Translations under genes and position numbers: made by a program
Source of the DNA: Eledone cirrhosa
Lineage: Eukaryota
Assembly: GCA_964016885.1 (NCBI GenBank)
Contig: OZ024743.1
Span: forward strand, 140,864,001 to 140,928,000
Reading direction: 5' to 3'
DNA length: 64,000 nt
In this document: positions 13,301-26,100 of the stretch, piece after piece
Position numbering within the stretch: the stretch's first letter is position 1
Layout: each line of letters opens with the position of its first letter
The notes under the pieces: model-generated
The model's input: the letters and a program-made list of their open reading frames with translations, nothing else
What the model was told of the DNA's origin: nothing
Database searches by the model: none

Positions 13301-15741
13301 TTTGGTGCTTGGTGTTAGGTGTTTGGTGCTTGGTGCTTGGTGTTAGGTGTTTGGTGCTTGGTGTTTGGTGCTTGGTGTTTGGTGCTTGGTGCTTGGTGCT
13401 TGGTGCTTGGTGTTTGGTGGTTGGTGTTTGGTGCTTGGTGTTAGGTGTTTGGTGCTTGGTGCTTGGTGTTTGGTGTTTGGTACTTGGTGTTTGGTGTTTG
13501 GTGCTTGGTGTTTGGTGCTTTTTGCTTGGTGCTTGGTGCTTGGTGTTTGGTGCTTGGTGCTTGGTGTTTGGTGCTGGGTGCTTGGTGTTTGGTGTTTGGT
13601 GTTATATGCTTGGTGTTTGATGCTTGGTGCTTGGTGCTTGGTGTTTGGTGTTTGGTGCTTGGTGTTTGATGCTTGGTGCTTGGTGTTGGTGTTTGGTAAT
13701 TGGTGCTTGGTGTTTGGTGCTTGGTGCTTGGTGTTTGGTGCTTGGTGTTTGGTGCTTGGTGTTTGGTGCTTCGTGCTTGGTGCTTGGTGCTTGGTGTTTG
13801 GTGGTTGGTGCTTGGTGCTTGGTGTTAGGTGTTTGGTGCTTGGTGCTTGGTGTTTGGTGTTTGGTGCTTGGTGTTTGGTGTTTGGTGCTTGGTGTTTGGT
13901 GCTTGGTACTTGGTGCTTGGTGCTTGGTGTTAGGTGTTTGGTGCTTGGTGTTTGGTGTCTGGTTTTTGGTGCTTGGTGCTTGGTGTTTGATGCTTGCTGC
14001 TGGCTGCTTGGTGTTTTGTGCTTGGTGATTGGTGCTTGGTGTTTGGTGCTTGGTGTTTGGTGTTTGGTGCTAGGTGCTTGGTGTTTGGTGCTTGGTGCTT
14101 GGTGTTTGTACTTGGTGCTTGGTGCTTGGTTCTTGGTGTTTGGTGCTTGGTGCTTGGTGTTTGTTGCTTGGTGCTTGGTGTTTGGTGCTTGGTGTTTGGT
14201 GCTTGGTGTTTGGTGCTTGGTTCTTGGTGCTTGGTGTTTGGTGCTTGGTGTTTGGTGCTTGGTGTTAGGTGTTTGGTGCTTGGTGTTTGGTGCTTGGTAC
14301 TTGGTGCTTGGTGCTTGGTGTTAGGTGTTTGGTGCTTGGTGTTTGGTGTCTGGTTTTTGGTGCTTGGTGCTTGGTGTTTGGTGCTTGCTGCTGGCTGCTT
14401 GGTGTTTGGTGCTTGGTGATTGGTGCTTGGTGTTTGGTGCTTGGTGTTTGGTGTTTGGTGCTAGATGCTTGGTGTTTGGTGCTTGGTGCTTGGTGTTTGT
14501 ACTTGGTGCTTGGTGCTTGGTTCTTGGTGTTTGGTGCTTGGTGCTTGGTGTTTGGTGCTTGGTGCTTGGTGTTTGGTGCTTGGTGTTTGGTGCTTGGTGC
14601 TTGGTGCTTGGTGTTTGTACTTGGTGCTTGGTGCTTGGTGTTTGGTTCTTGGTTCTTGGTGTTTGGTACTTGGTGCTTGGTGCTTCGTGCTTGATGTTTG
14701 GTGTTTGGTGGTTGGTGTTTGGTGCTTGGTGCTTGGTGCTTGGTGTTAGGTGTTTGGTGCTTGGTCCTTGGTGTTTGGTGCTTGGTGTTTGGTGTTTGCT
14801 GTCTGCTTTTTGGTGTTTAGTGTTTGCTGTATGGTGTTTGGTGTTTGCTGTTTGGTGTTTGGTCTTTGGTGCTTGGTGTTTGGTGCTTGGTGCTTGGTGT
14901 TTGGTGTTTGGTGCTTGGTGCTTGGTGTTTGGTGTTATATGCTTGGTGTTTGATGCTTGGTGCTTGGTGCTTGGTGTTTGGTGTTTGGTGTTTGTACTTG
15001 GTGCTTGGTGCTTGGTGCTTGGTGTTTGGTGCTTGGTGTTTGGTGCTTGGTGCTTGGTGCTTGGTGCTTGGTGCTTGGTGTTTGGTGGTTGGTGTTTGGT
15101 GCTTGGTGTTAGGTGTTTGGTGCTTGGTGCTTGGTGTTTGGTGTTTGGTGCTTGGTGTTTGGTGTTTGGTGCTTGGTGTTTGGTGCTTGGTACTTGGTGC
15201 TTGGTGCTTGGTGTTAGGTGTTTGGTGCTTGGTGTTTGGTGCTTGGTGTTTGGTGCTTGGTGCTTGGTGCTTGGTGCTTGGTGTTTGGTGGTTGGTGTTT
15301 GGTGCTTGGTGTTAGGTGTTTGGTGCTTGGTGCTTGGTGTTTGGTGTTTGGTGCTTGGTGTTTGGTGTTTGGTGCTTGGTGTTTGGTGCTTTTTGCTTGG
15401 TGCTTGGTGCTTGGTGTTTGGTGCTTGGTTCTTGGTGTTTGGTGCTGGGTGCTTGGTGTTTGGTGTTTGGTGTTATATGCTTGGTGTTTGGTGCTTGGTG
15501 ATTGGTGCTTGGTGTTTGGTGCTTGGTGTTTGGTGTTTGGTGCTAGGTGCTTGGTGTTTGGTGCTTGGTGCTTGGTGTTTGTACTTGGTGCTTGGTGCTT
15601 GGTTCTTGGTGTTTGGTGCTTGGTGCTTGGTGTTTGGTGCTTGGTGCTTGGTGTTTGGTGCTTGGTGTTTGGTGCTTGGTGTTTGGTGCTTGGTTCTTGG
15701 TGCTTGGTGTTTGGTGCTTGGTGTTTGGTGCTTGGTGTTAG
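7347..15741 (+). repeat. Two larger HOR units of about 4107 bp (7347-11453) and about 4288 bp (11454-15741)
   Basis: ORF pairs 7403/11510, 8296/12403 and 9240/13347 are all offset by 4107, and 11454/15742 by 4288. Shared private markers include GCTTGGTTCTTGATG (about 8473/12580) and the 1-bp deletion GGTGTTGGTGTTTGGTAATT (about 9575/13682). Confidence 0.85.
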
Positions 15742-18269
15742 GTGTTTGGTGCTTGGTGTTTGGTGCTTGGTACTTGGTGCTTGGTGCTTGGTGTTAGGTG
15801 TTTGGTGCTTGGTGTTTGGTGTCTGGTTTTTGGTGCTTGGTGCTTGGTGTTTGGTGCTTGCTGCTGGCTGCTTGGTGTTTGGTGCTTGGTGATTGGTGCT
15901 TGGTGTTTGGTGCTTGGTGTTTGGTGTTTGGTGCTAGATGCTTGGTGTTTGGTGCTTGGTGCTTGGTGTTTGTACTTGGTGCTTGGTGCTTGGTTCTTGG
16001 TGTTTGGTGCTTGGTGCTTGGTGTTTGGTGCTTGGTGCTTGGTGTTTGGTGCTTGGTGTTTGGTGCCTGGTGCTTGGTGCTTGGTGTTTGTACTTGGTGC
16101 TTGGTGCTTGGTGTCTGGTTCTTGGTTCTTGGTGTTTGGTACTTGGTGCTTGGTGCTTGGTGCTTGATGTTTGGTGTTTGGTGGTTGGTGTTTGGTGCTT
16201 GGTGCTTGGTGCTTGGTGTTAGGTGTTTGGTGCTTGGTCCTTGGTGTTTGGTGCTTGGTGTTTGGTGTTTGCTGTCTGCTTTTTGGTGTTTAGTGTTTGC
16301 TGTATGGTGTTTGGTGTTTGCTGTTTGGTGTTTGGTCTTTGGTGCTTGGTGTTTGGTGCTTGGTGCTTGGTGTTTGGTGTTTGGTGCTTGGTGCTTGGTG
16401 TTTGGTGTTATATGCTTGGTGTTTGATGCTTGGTGCTTGGTGCTTGGTGTTTGGTGTTTGGTGTTTGTACTTGGTGCTTGGTGCTTGGTGCTTGGTGTTT
16501 GGTGCTTGGTGTTTGGTGCTTGGTGCTTGGTGCTTGGTGCTTGGTGCTTGGTGTTTGGTGCTTGGTGTTTGGTGCTTGGTGTTAGGTGTTTGGTGCTTGG
16601 TGTTTGGTGCTTGGTGCTTGGTGTTTGGTGTTTGGTGCTTGGTGTTTGGTGCTTGGTGCTTGGTGCTTGGTGCTTGGTGTTTGGTGGTTGGTGCTTGGTG
16701 CTTGGTGTTAGGTGTTTGGTGCTTGGTGTTTGGTGTTTGGTGCTTGGTGTTTGGTTCTTGGTACTTGGTGCTTGGAGCTTGGTGTTAGGTGTTTGGTGCT
16801 TGGTGTTTGGTGCTTGGTGTTTGGTGCTTGGTGCTTGGTGCTTGGTGCTTGGTGTTTGGTGGTTGGTGTTTGGTGCTTGGTGTTAGGTGTTTGGTGCTTG
16901 GTGCTTGGTGTTTGGTGTTTGGTGCTTGGTGTTTGGTGTTTGGTGCTTGGTGTTTGGTGCTTTTTGCTTGGTGCTTGGTGCTTGGTGTTTGGTGCTTGGT
17001 TCTTGGTGTTTGGTGCTGGGTGCTTGGTGTTTGGTGTTTGGTGTTATATGCTTGGTGTTTGATGCTTGGTGCTTGGTGCTTGGTGTTTGGTGTTTGGTGC
17101 TTGGTGTTTGATGCTTGGTGCTTGGTGCTTGGTGTTTGGTGCTTGGTGCTTGGTGTTTGGTGCTTGGTGCTTGGTGTTTGGTGTTTGGTGCTTGGTGTTT
17201 GGTGCTTGGTGCTTGGTGCTTGGTGCTTGGTGTTTGGTGGTTGGTGCTTGGTGCTTGGTGTTAGGTGTTTGGTGCTTGGTGCTTGGTGTTTGGTGTTTGG
17301 TGCTTGGTGTTTGGTGTTTGGTGCTTGGTGTTTGGTGCTTGGTACTTGGTGCTTGGTGCTTGGTGTTAGGTGTTTGGTGCTTGGTGTTTGGTGTCTGGTT
17401 TTTGGTGCTTGGTGCTTGGTGTTTGGTGCTTGCTGCTGGCTGCTTGGTGTTTGGTGCCTGGTGATTGGTGCTTGGTGTTTGGTGCTTGGTGTTTGGTGTT
17501 TGGTGCTAGGTGCTTGGTGTTTGGTTCTTGGTGCTTGGTGTTTGTACTTGGTGCTTGGTGCTTGGTTCTTGGTGTTTGGTGCTTGGTGCTTGGTGTTTGG
17601 TGCTTGGTGCTTGGTGTTTGGTGCTTGGTGTTAGGTGTGTGGTGCTTGGTGCTTGGTGTTTGGTGTTTGGTACTTGGTGTTTGGTATTTGGTGCTTGGTG
17701 TTTGGTGCTTTTTGCTTGGTGCTTGGTGCTTGGTGTTTGGTGCTTGGTGCTTGGTGTTTGGTGCTGGGTGCTTGGTGTTTGGTGTTTGGTGTTATATGCT
17801 TGGTGTTTGATGCTTGGTGCTTGGTGCTTGGTGTTTGGTGTTTGGTGCTTGGTGTTTGATGCTTGGTGCTTGGTGCTTGGTGTTTGGTGCTTGGTGCTTG
17901 GTGTTTGGTGCTTGGTGCTTGGTGTTTGGTGCTTGGTGTTTGGTGCTTGGTGTTTGGTGCTTGGTGCTTGGTGCTTGGTGCTTGGTGTTTGGTGGTTGGT
18001 GCTTGGTGCTTGGTGTTAGGTGTTTGGTGCTTGGTGCTTGGTGTTTGGTGTTTGGTGCTTGGTGTTTGGTGTTTGGTGCTTGGTGTTTGGTGCTTGGTAC
18101 TTGGTGCTTGGTGCTTGGTGTTAGGTGTTTGGTGCTTGGTGTTTGGTGTTCGGTGCTTGCTGCTGGCTGCTTGGTGTTTTGTGCTTGGTGATTGGTGCTT
18201 GGTGTTTGGTGCTTGGTGTTTGGTGTTTGGTGCTAGGTGCTTGGTGTTTGGTGCTTGGTGCTTGGTGTT

Positions 18270-18960
18270 TGTACTTGGTGCTTGGTGCTTGGTTCTTGGT
18301 GTTTGGTGCTTGGTGCTTGGTGTTTGGTGCTTGGTGCTTGGTGTTTGGTGCTTGGTGTTTGGTGCTTGGTGTTAGGTGTGTGGTGCTTGGTGCTTGGTGT
18401 TTGGTGTTTGGTGCTTGGTGTTTGGTGTTTGGTGTTATATGCTTGGTGTTTGATGCTTGGTGCTTGGTGCTTGGTGTTTGGTGCTTGGTGTTTGATGCTT
18501 GGTGCTTGGTGCTTGGTGTTTGGTGCTTGGTGCTTGGTGTTTGGTGTTTGGTGCTTGGTGTTTGGTGTTTGGTGTTATATGCTTGGTGTTTGATGCTTGG
18601 TGCTTGGTGCTTGGTGTTTGGTGCTTGGTGCTTGGTGTTTGGTGCTTGGTGCTTGGTGTTTGGTGCTTGGTGTTTGGTGCTTGGTGTTAGGTGTGTGGTG
18701 CTTGGTGCTTGGTGTTTGGTGTTTGGTGCTTGGTGTTTGGTGTTTGGTGTTATATGCTTGGTGTTTGATGCTTGGTGCTTGGTGCTTGGTGTTTGGTGCT
18801 TGGTGTTTGATGCTTGGTGCTTGGTGCTTGGTGTTTGGTGCTTGGTGCTTGGTGTTTGGTGTTTGGTGCTTGGTGTTTGGTGTTTGGTGTTATATGCTTG
18901 GTGTTTGATGCTTGGTGCTTGGTGCTTGGTGTTTGGTGTTTGGTGCTTGGTGTTTGATGC
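18270..18960 (+). repeat. Local 315-bp (45-monomer) tandem duplication
   Basis: GTTAGGTGTGTGG at 18371 and 18686, each followed by two TTATATGC markers at the same spacing. Confidence 0.8.
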
Positions 18961-20114
18961 TTGGTGCTTGGTGCTTGGTGTTTGGTGCTTGGTGCTTGGT
19001 GCTTGGTGTTTGTTGCTTGGTGTTTGGTGCTTGGTGTTTGGTGCTTGGTGCTTGGTGCTTGGTGTTTGGTGGTTGGTGCTTGGTGCTTGGTGCTAGGTGT
19101 TTGGTGCTTGGTGCTTGGTGTTTGGTGTTTGGTGCTTGGTGTTTGGTGTTTGGTGTTTGGTGTTTGGTGCTTGGTACTTGGTGCTTGGTGCTTGGTGTTA
19201 GGTGTTTGGTGCTTGGTGTCTGGTGTCTGGTTTTTGGTGCTTGGTGCTTGGTGTTTGGTGCTTGCTGCTGGCTGCTTGGTGTTTGGTGCTTGGTGATTGG
19301 TTCTTGGTGTTTGGTGCTTGGTGTTTGCTGTTTGGTGCTAGGTGCTTGGTGTTTGGTGCTTGGTGCTTGGTGTTTGTACTTGGTGCTTGGTGCTTGGTTC
19401 TTGGTGTTTGGTGCTTGGTGCTTGGTGTTTGGTGCTTGGTGCTTGGTGTTTGGTGCTTGGTGTTTGGTGCTTGGTGTTTGGTGCTTGGTGCTTGGTGCTT
19501 GGTGTTTGGTGCTTGGTGTTTGGTGCTTGGTGTTAGGTGTTTGGTGCTTGGTGCTTGGTGTTAGGTGTTTGGTGCTTGGTATTTGGTGCTTGGTGTTTGG
19601 TGCTTGGTGCTTGGTGCTTGGTGCTTGGTGTTTGGTGGTTGGTGTTTGGTGCTTGGTGTTAGGTGTTTGGTGCTTGGTGCTTGATGTTTGGTGTTTGGTG
19701 CTTGGTGTTTGGTGTTTGGTGCTTGGTGTTTGGTGCTTTTTGCTTGGTGCTTGGTTCTTGGTGTTTGGTGCTGGGTGCTTGGTGTTTGGTGTTTGGTGTT
19801 ATATGCTTGGTGTTTGATGCTTGGTGCTTGGTGCTTGGTGTTTGGTGTTTGGTGCTTGGTGTTTGATGCTTGGTGCTTGGTGCCTGGTGTTTGGTGCTTG
19901 GTGCTTGGTGCTTGGTGTTTGGTGCTTGGTGTTTGGTGCTTGGTATTTGGTGCTTGGTGCTTGGTGCTTGGTGTTTGGTGGTTGGTGCTTGGTGCTTGGT
20001 GTTTGGTGTTTGGTGCTTGGTGTTTGGTGCTTTTTGCTTGGTGCTTGGTTCTTGGTGTTTGGTGCTGGGTGCTTGGTGTTTGGTGTTTGGTGTTATATGC
20101 TTGGTGTTTGATGC

Positions 20115-23100
20115 TTGGTGCTTGGTGCTTGGTGTTTGGTGTTTGGTGCTTGGTGTTTGATGCTTGGTGCTTGGTGTTTGGTGCTTGGTACTTGGTGCTT
20201 GGTGCTTGGTGTTAGGTGTTTGGTGCTTGGTGTTTGGTGTCTGGTTTTTGGTGCTTGGTGCTTGGTGTTTGGTGCTTGCTGCTGGCTGCTTGGTGTTTGG
20301 TGCTTGTTGATTGGTGCTTGGTGTTTGGTGCTAGGTGCTTGGTGTTTGGTGCTTGGTGCTTGGTGTTTGTACTTGATGCTTGGTGCTTGGTTCTTGGTGT
20401 TTGGTGCTTGGTGCTTGGTGTTTGGTGCTTGGTGCTTGGTGTTTGGTGCTTGGTGTTTGGTGCTTGGTGTTTGGTGCTTGGTGCTTGGTGCTTGGTGTTT
20501 GGTGCTTGGTGTTTGGTGCTTGGTGTTAGGTGTTTGGTGCTTGGTGCTTGGTGTTAGGTGTTTGGTGCTTGGTGTTTGGTGCTTGGTGTTTGGTGCTTGG
20601 TGCTTGGTGCTTGGTGCTTGGTGTTTGGTGGTTGGTGTTTGGTGCTTGGTGTTAGGTGTTTGGTGCTTGGTGCTTGGTGTTTGGTGTTTGGTGCTTGGTG
20701 TTTGGTGTTTGGTGCTTGGTGTTTGGTGCTTTTTGCTTGGTGCTTGGTGCTTGGTGTTTGGTGCTTGGTGCTTGGTGTTTGGTGCTGGGTGCTTGGTGTT
20801 TGGTGTTTGGTGTTATATGCTTGGTGTTTGATGCTTGGTGCTTGGTGCTTGGTGTTTGGTGTTTGGTGCTTGGTGTTTGATGCTTGGTGCTTGGTGCTTG
20901 GTGTTTGGTGCTTGGTGCTTGGTGTTTGGTGCTTGGTGCTTGGTGTTTGGTGCTTGGTGTTTGGTGCTTGGTGTTTGGTGCTTGGTGCTTGGTGCTTGGT
21001 GCTTGGTGTTTGGTGGTTGGTGCTTGGTGCTTGGTGTTAGGTGTTTGGTGCTTGGTGCTTGGTGTTTGGTGTTTGGTGCTTGGTGTTTGGTGTTTGGTGC
21101 TTGGTGTTTGGTGCTTGGTACTTGGTGCTTGGTGCTTGGTGTTAGGTGTTTGGTGCTTGGTGTTTGGTGTTTGGTGCTTGCTGCTGGCTGCTTGGTGTTT
21201 TGTGCTTGGTGATTGGTGCTTGGTGTTTGGTGCTTGGTGTTTGGTGTTTGGTGCTAGGTGCTTGGTGTTTGGTGCTTGGTGCTTGGTGTTTGTACTTGGT
21301 GCTTGGTGCTTGGTTCTTGGTGTTTGGTGCTTGGTGCTTGGTGTTTGGTGCTTGGTGCTTGGTGTTTGGTGCTTGGTGTTTGGTGCTTGGTGTTAGGTGT
21401 GTGGTGCTTGGTGCTTGGTGTTTGGTGTTTGGTGCTTGGTGTTTGGTGTTTGGTGTTATATGCTTGGTGTTTGATGCTTGGTGCTTGGTGCTTGGTGTTT
21501 GGTGCTTGGTGTTTGGTGCTTGGTGCTTGGTGCTTGGTGTTTGGTGCTTGGTGCTTGGTGTTTGGTGTTTGGTGCTTGGTGTTTGGTGTTTGGTGTTATA
21601 TGCTTGGTGTTTGATGCTTGGTGCTTGGTGCTTGGTGTTTGGTGTTTGGTGCTTGGTGTTTGATGCTTGGTGCTTGGTGCTTGGTGTTTGGTGCTTGGTG
21701 CTTGGTGCTTGGTGTTTGGTGCTAGGTGTTTGGTGCTTGGTGTATGGTGCTTGGTGCTTGGTGCTTGGTGTTTGGTGGTTGGTGCTTGGTGCTTGGTGTT
21801 AGGTGTTTGGTGCTTGGTGCTTGGTGTTTGGTGTTTGGTGCTTGGTGTCTGGTGTTTGGTGTTTGGTGTTTGGTGCTTGGTACTTGGTGCTTGGTGCTTG
21901 GTGTTAGGTGTTTGGTGCTTGGTGTTTGGTGTCTGGTTTTTGGTGCTTGGTGCTTGGTGTTTGGTGCTTGCTGCTGGCTGCTTGGTGTTTGGTGCTTGGT
22001 GATTGGTTCTTGGTGTTTGGTGCTTGGTGTTTGGTGTTTGGTGCTAGGTGCTTGGTGTTTGGTGCTTGGTGCTTGGTGTTTGTACTTGGTGCTTGGTGCT
22101 TGGTTCTTGGTGTCTGGTGCTTGGTGCTTGGTGTTTGGTGCTTGGTGCTTGGTGTTTGGTGCTTGGTGTTTGGTGCTTGGTGTTTGGTGCTTGGTGCTTG
22201 GTGCTTGGTGTTTGGTGCTTGGTGTTTGGTGCTTGGTGTTAGGTGTTTGGTGCTTGGTGCTTGGTGTTAGGTGTTTGGTGCTTGGTATTTGGTGCTTGGT
22301 GTTTGGTGCTTGGTGCTTGGTGCTTGGTGCTTGGTGTTTGGTGGTTGGTGTTTGGTGCTTGGTGTTAGGTGTTTGGTGCTTGGTGCTTGGTGTTTGGTGT
22401 TTGGTGCTTGGTGTTTGGTGTTTGGTGCTTGGTGTTTGGTGCTTTTTGCTTGGTGCTTGGTTCTTGGTGTTTGGTGCTGGGTGCTTGGTGTTTGGTGTTT
22501 GGTGTTATATGCTTGGTGTTTGATGCTTGGTGCTTGGTGCTTGGTGTTTGGTGTTTGGTGCTTGGTGTTTGATGCTTGGTGCTTGGTGCTTGGTGTTTGG
22601 TGCTTGGTGCTTGGTGCTTGGTGTTTGGTGCTTGGTGTTTGGTGCTTGGTGCTTGGTGTTTGGTGCTTGGTACTTGGTGCTTGGTGTTTCGTGTTTCGTG
22701 TTTGGTGCTTGGTGCTTGGTGCTTGGTCCTTGGTGTTTGGTGCTGGGTGCATTGTGTTTGGTGCTTGGTGCTTGGTGCTTGGTGCTTGGTGTTTGGTGCT
22801 TGGTGCTTGGTGTTTGGTGCCTGGTGCTTGGTGTTTGGTGTTTGGTGCTTGGTGCTTGGAGTTTGGTGTTTGGTGCTTGGTGCTTGGTGTTTCGTGTTTC
22901 GTGTTTGGTGCTTGGTGCTTGGTGCTTGGTCCTTGGTGTTTGGTGCTGGGTGCATTGTGCTTGGTGTTTTGTGTTTGGTGCTTGGTGGTTGGTGCTTGGT
23001 GTTTGGTGCTTGGTGCTTGGTGCTTGGTGTTTTGTGTTTGGTGCTTGGTGCTTGGTGTTTGGTGCTTGGTGCTGGGTGGTTGGTTTTTGGTGCTTGGTGT

Positions 23101-26100
23101 TTGGTGCTGGGTGCTTGGTGTTTGGTGCTGGGTGCTTGGTGTTTGGTGCTTGGTGCTTGGTGTTTGGTGCTTGGTGCTGGGTGGTTGGTGTTTGGTGCTT
23201 GGTGTTTGGTGCTGGGTGCTTGGTGTTTGGTGCTGGGTGCTTGGTGTTTGGTGCTTGGTGCTTGGTCTTTGGTGCTTGGTGTTTGGTGCTTGGTGCTTGG
23301 TGCTTGGTGTTTGGTGCTTGGTGCTTGGTGTTTGGTGCTTGGTGCTTGGTGTTTGGTTTTTGGTGCTTGGTGCTTGGTGTTTGGTGTTTGGTGCTTGCTG
23401 CTGGCTGCTTGGTGTTTGATGCATGGTGATTGGTGCTTGGTGTTTGGTGCTTGGTGTTTGGTGTTTGATGCTTGGTGCTTGGTGCTTGGTGTTTGGTGCT
23501 TGGTGCTTGGTGTTTGGTGCTTGGTGCTTGGTGTTTCGTGCTTGGTGTTTGGGGCTTGGTGTTTGGTGCTTGGTGCTTGTTGCTTGGTGCTTGGTGTTTG
23601 GTGGTTGGTGCTTGGTGCTTGGTGTTAGGTGTTTGGTGCTTGGTGCTTGGTGTTTGGTGTTTGGTGCTTGGTGTTTGGTGTTTGGTGCTTGGTGTTTGGT
23701 GCTTGGTACTTGGTGCTTGGTGCTTGGTGTTAGGTGTTTGGTGCTTGGTGCTTGGTGTCTGGTTTTTGGTGCTTGGTGTTTAGTGTTTGGTGCTTGCTGC
23801 TGGCTGCTTGGTGTTTGGTGCTTGGTGATTGGTGCTTGGTGTTTGGTGCTTGGTGTTTGGTGTTTGGTGCTTGGTGATTGGTGTTTGTACTTGGTGCTTG
23901 GTGCTTGGTTCTTGGTGTTTGGTGCTTGGTGCTTGGTGTTTGGTGTTATATGCTTGGTGTTTGATGCTTGGTGCTTGGTGCTTGGTGTTTGGTGTTTGGT
24001 GTTTGATGCTTGGTGCTTGGTGTTTGGTGCTTGGTGCTTGGTGCTTGGTGTTTGGTGGTTGGTGCTTGGTGCTTGGTGTTTGGTGTTTGGTGCTTGGTGT
24101 TTGGTGCTTTTTGCTTGGTGCTTGGTTCTTGGTGTTTGGTGCTGGGTGCTTGGTGTTTGGTGTTTGGTGTTATATGCTTGGTGTTTGATGCTTGGTGCTT
24201 GGTGCTTGGTGTTTGGTGTTTGGTGCTTGGTGTTTGATGCTTGGTGCTTGGTGTTTGGTGCTTGGTACTTGGTGCTTGGTGCTTGGTGTTAGGTGTTTGG
24301 TGCTTGGTGTTTGGTGTCTGGTTTTTGGTGCTTGGTGCTTGGTGTTTGGTGCTTGCTGCTGGCTGCTTGGTGTTTGGTGCTTGTTGATTGGTGCTTGGTG
24401 TTTGGTGCTAGGTGCTTGGTGTTTGGTGCTTGGTGCTTGGTGTTTGTACTTGGTGCTTGGTGCTTGGTTCTTGGTGTTTGGTGCTTGGTGCTTGGTGTTT
24501 GGTGCTTGGTGCTTGGTGTTTGGTGCTTGGTGTTTGGTGCTTGGTGTTTGGTGCTTGGTGCTTGGTGCTTGGTGTTTGGTGCTTGGTGTTTGGTGCTTGG
24601 TGTTAGGTGTTTGGTGCTTGGTGCTTGGTGTTAGGTGTTTGGTGCTTGGTGTTTGGTGCTTGGTGTTTGGTGCTTGGTGCTTGGTGCTTGGTGCTTGGTG
24701 TTTGGTGGTTGGTGTTTGGTGCTTGGTGTTAGGTGTTTGGTGCTTGGTGCTTGGTGTTTGGTGTTTGGTGCTTGGTGTTTGGTGTTTGGTGCTTGGTGTT
24801 TGGTGCTTTTTGCTTGGTGCTTGGTGCTTGGTGTTTGGTGCTTGGTGCTTGGTGTTTGGTGCTGGGTGCTTTGTGTTTGGTGTTTGGTGTTATATGCTTG
24901 GTGTTTGATGCTTGGTGCTTGGTGCTTGGTGTTTGGTGTTTGGTGCTTGGTGTTTGATGCTTGGTGCTTGGTGCTTGGTGTTTGGTGCTTGGTGCTTGGT
25001 GTTTGGTTCTTGGTGCTTGGTGTTTGGTGCTTGGTGTTTGGTGCTTGGTGTTTGGTGCTTGGTGCTTGGTGCTTGGTGCTTGGTGTTTGGTGGTTGGTGC
25101 TTGGTGCTTGGTGTTAGGTGTTTGGTGCTTGGTGCTTGGTGTTTGGTGTTTGGTGCTTGGTGTTTGGTGTTTGGTGCTTGGTGTTTGGTGATTGGTACTT
25201 GGTGCTTGGTGCTTGGTGTTAGGTGTTTGGTGCTTGGTGTTTGGTGTTTGGTGCTTGCTGCTGGCTGCTTGGTGTTTTGTGCTTGGTGATTGGTGCTTGG
25301 TGTTTGGTGCTTGGTGTTTGGTGTTTGGTGCTAGGTGCTTGGTGTTTGGTGCTTGGTGCTTGGTGTTTGTACTTGGTGCTTGGTGCTTGGTTCTTGGTGT
25401 TTGGTGCTTGGTGCTTGGTGTTTGGTGCTTGGTGCTTGGTGTTTGGTGCTTGGTGTTTGGTGCTTGGTGTTAGGTGTGTGGTGCTTGGTGCTTGGTGTTT
25501 GGTGTTTGGTGCTTGGTGTTTGGTGTTTGGTGTTATATGCTTGGTGTTTGATGCTTGGTGCTTGGTGCTTGGTGTTTGGTGCTTGGTGTTTGATGCTTGG
25601 TGCTTGGTGCTTGGTGTTTGGTGCTTGGTGCTTGGTGTTTGGTGTTTGGTGCTTGGTGTTTGGTGTTTGGTGTTATATGCTTGGTGTTTGATGCTTGGTG
25701 CTTGGTGCTTGGTGTTTGGTGTTTGGTGCTTGGTGTTTGATGCTTGGTGCTTGGTGCTTGGTGTTTGGTGCTTGGTGCTTGGTGCTTGGTGTTTGGTGCT
25801 TGGTGTTTGGTGCTTGGTGTATGGTGCTTGGTGCTTGGTGCTTGGTGTTTGGTGGTTGGTGCTTGGTGCTTGGTGTTAGGTGTTTGGTGCTTGGTGCTTG
25901 GTGTTTGGTGTTTGGTGCTTGGTGTCTGGTGTTTGGTGTTTGGTGTTTGGTGCTTGGTACTTGGTGCTTGGTGCTTGGTGTTAGGTGTTTGGTGCTTGGT
26001 GTTTGGTGTCTGGTTTTTGGTGCTTGGTGCTTGGTGTTTGGTGCTTGCTGCTGGCTGCTTGGTGTTTGGTGCTTGGTGATTGGTTCTTGGTGTTTGGTGC

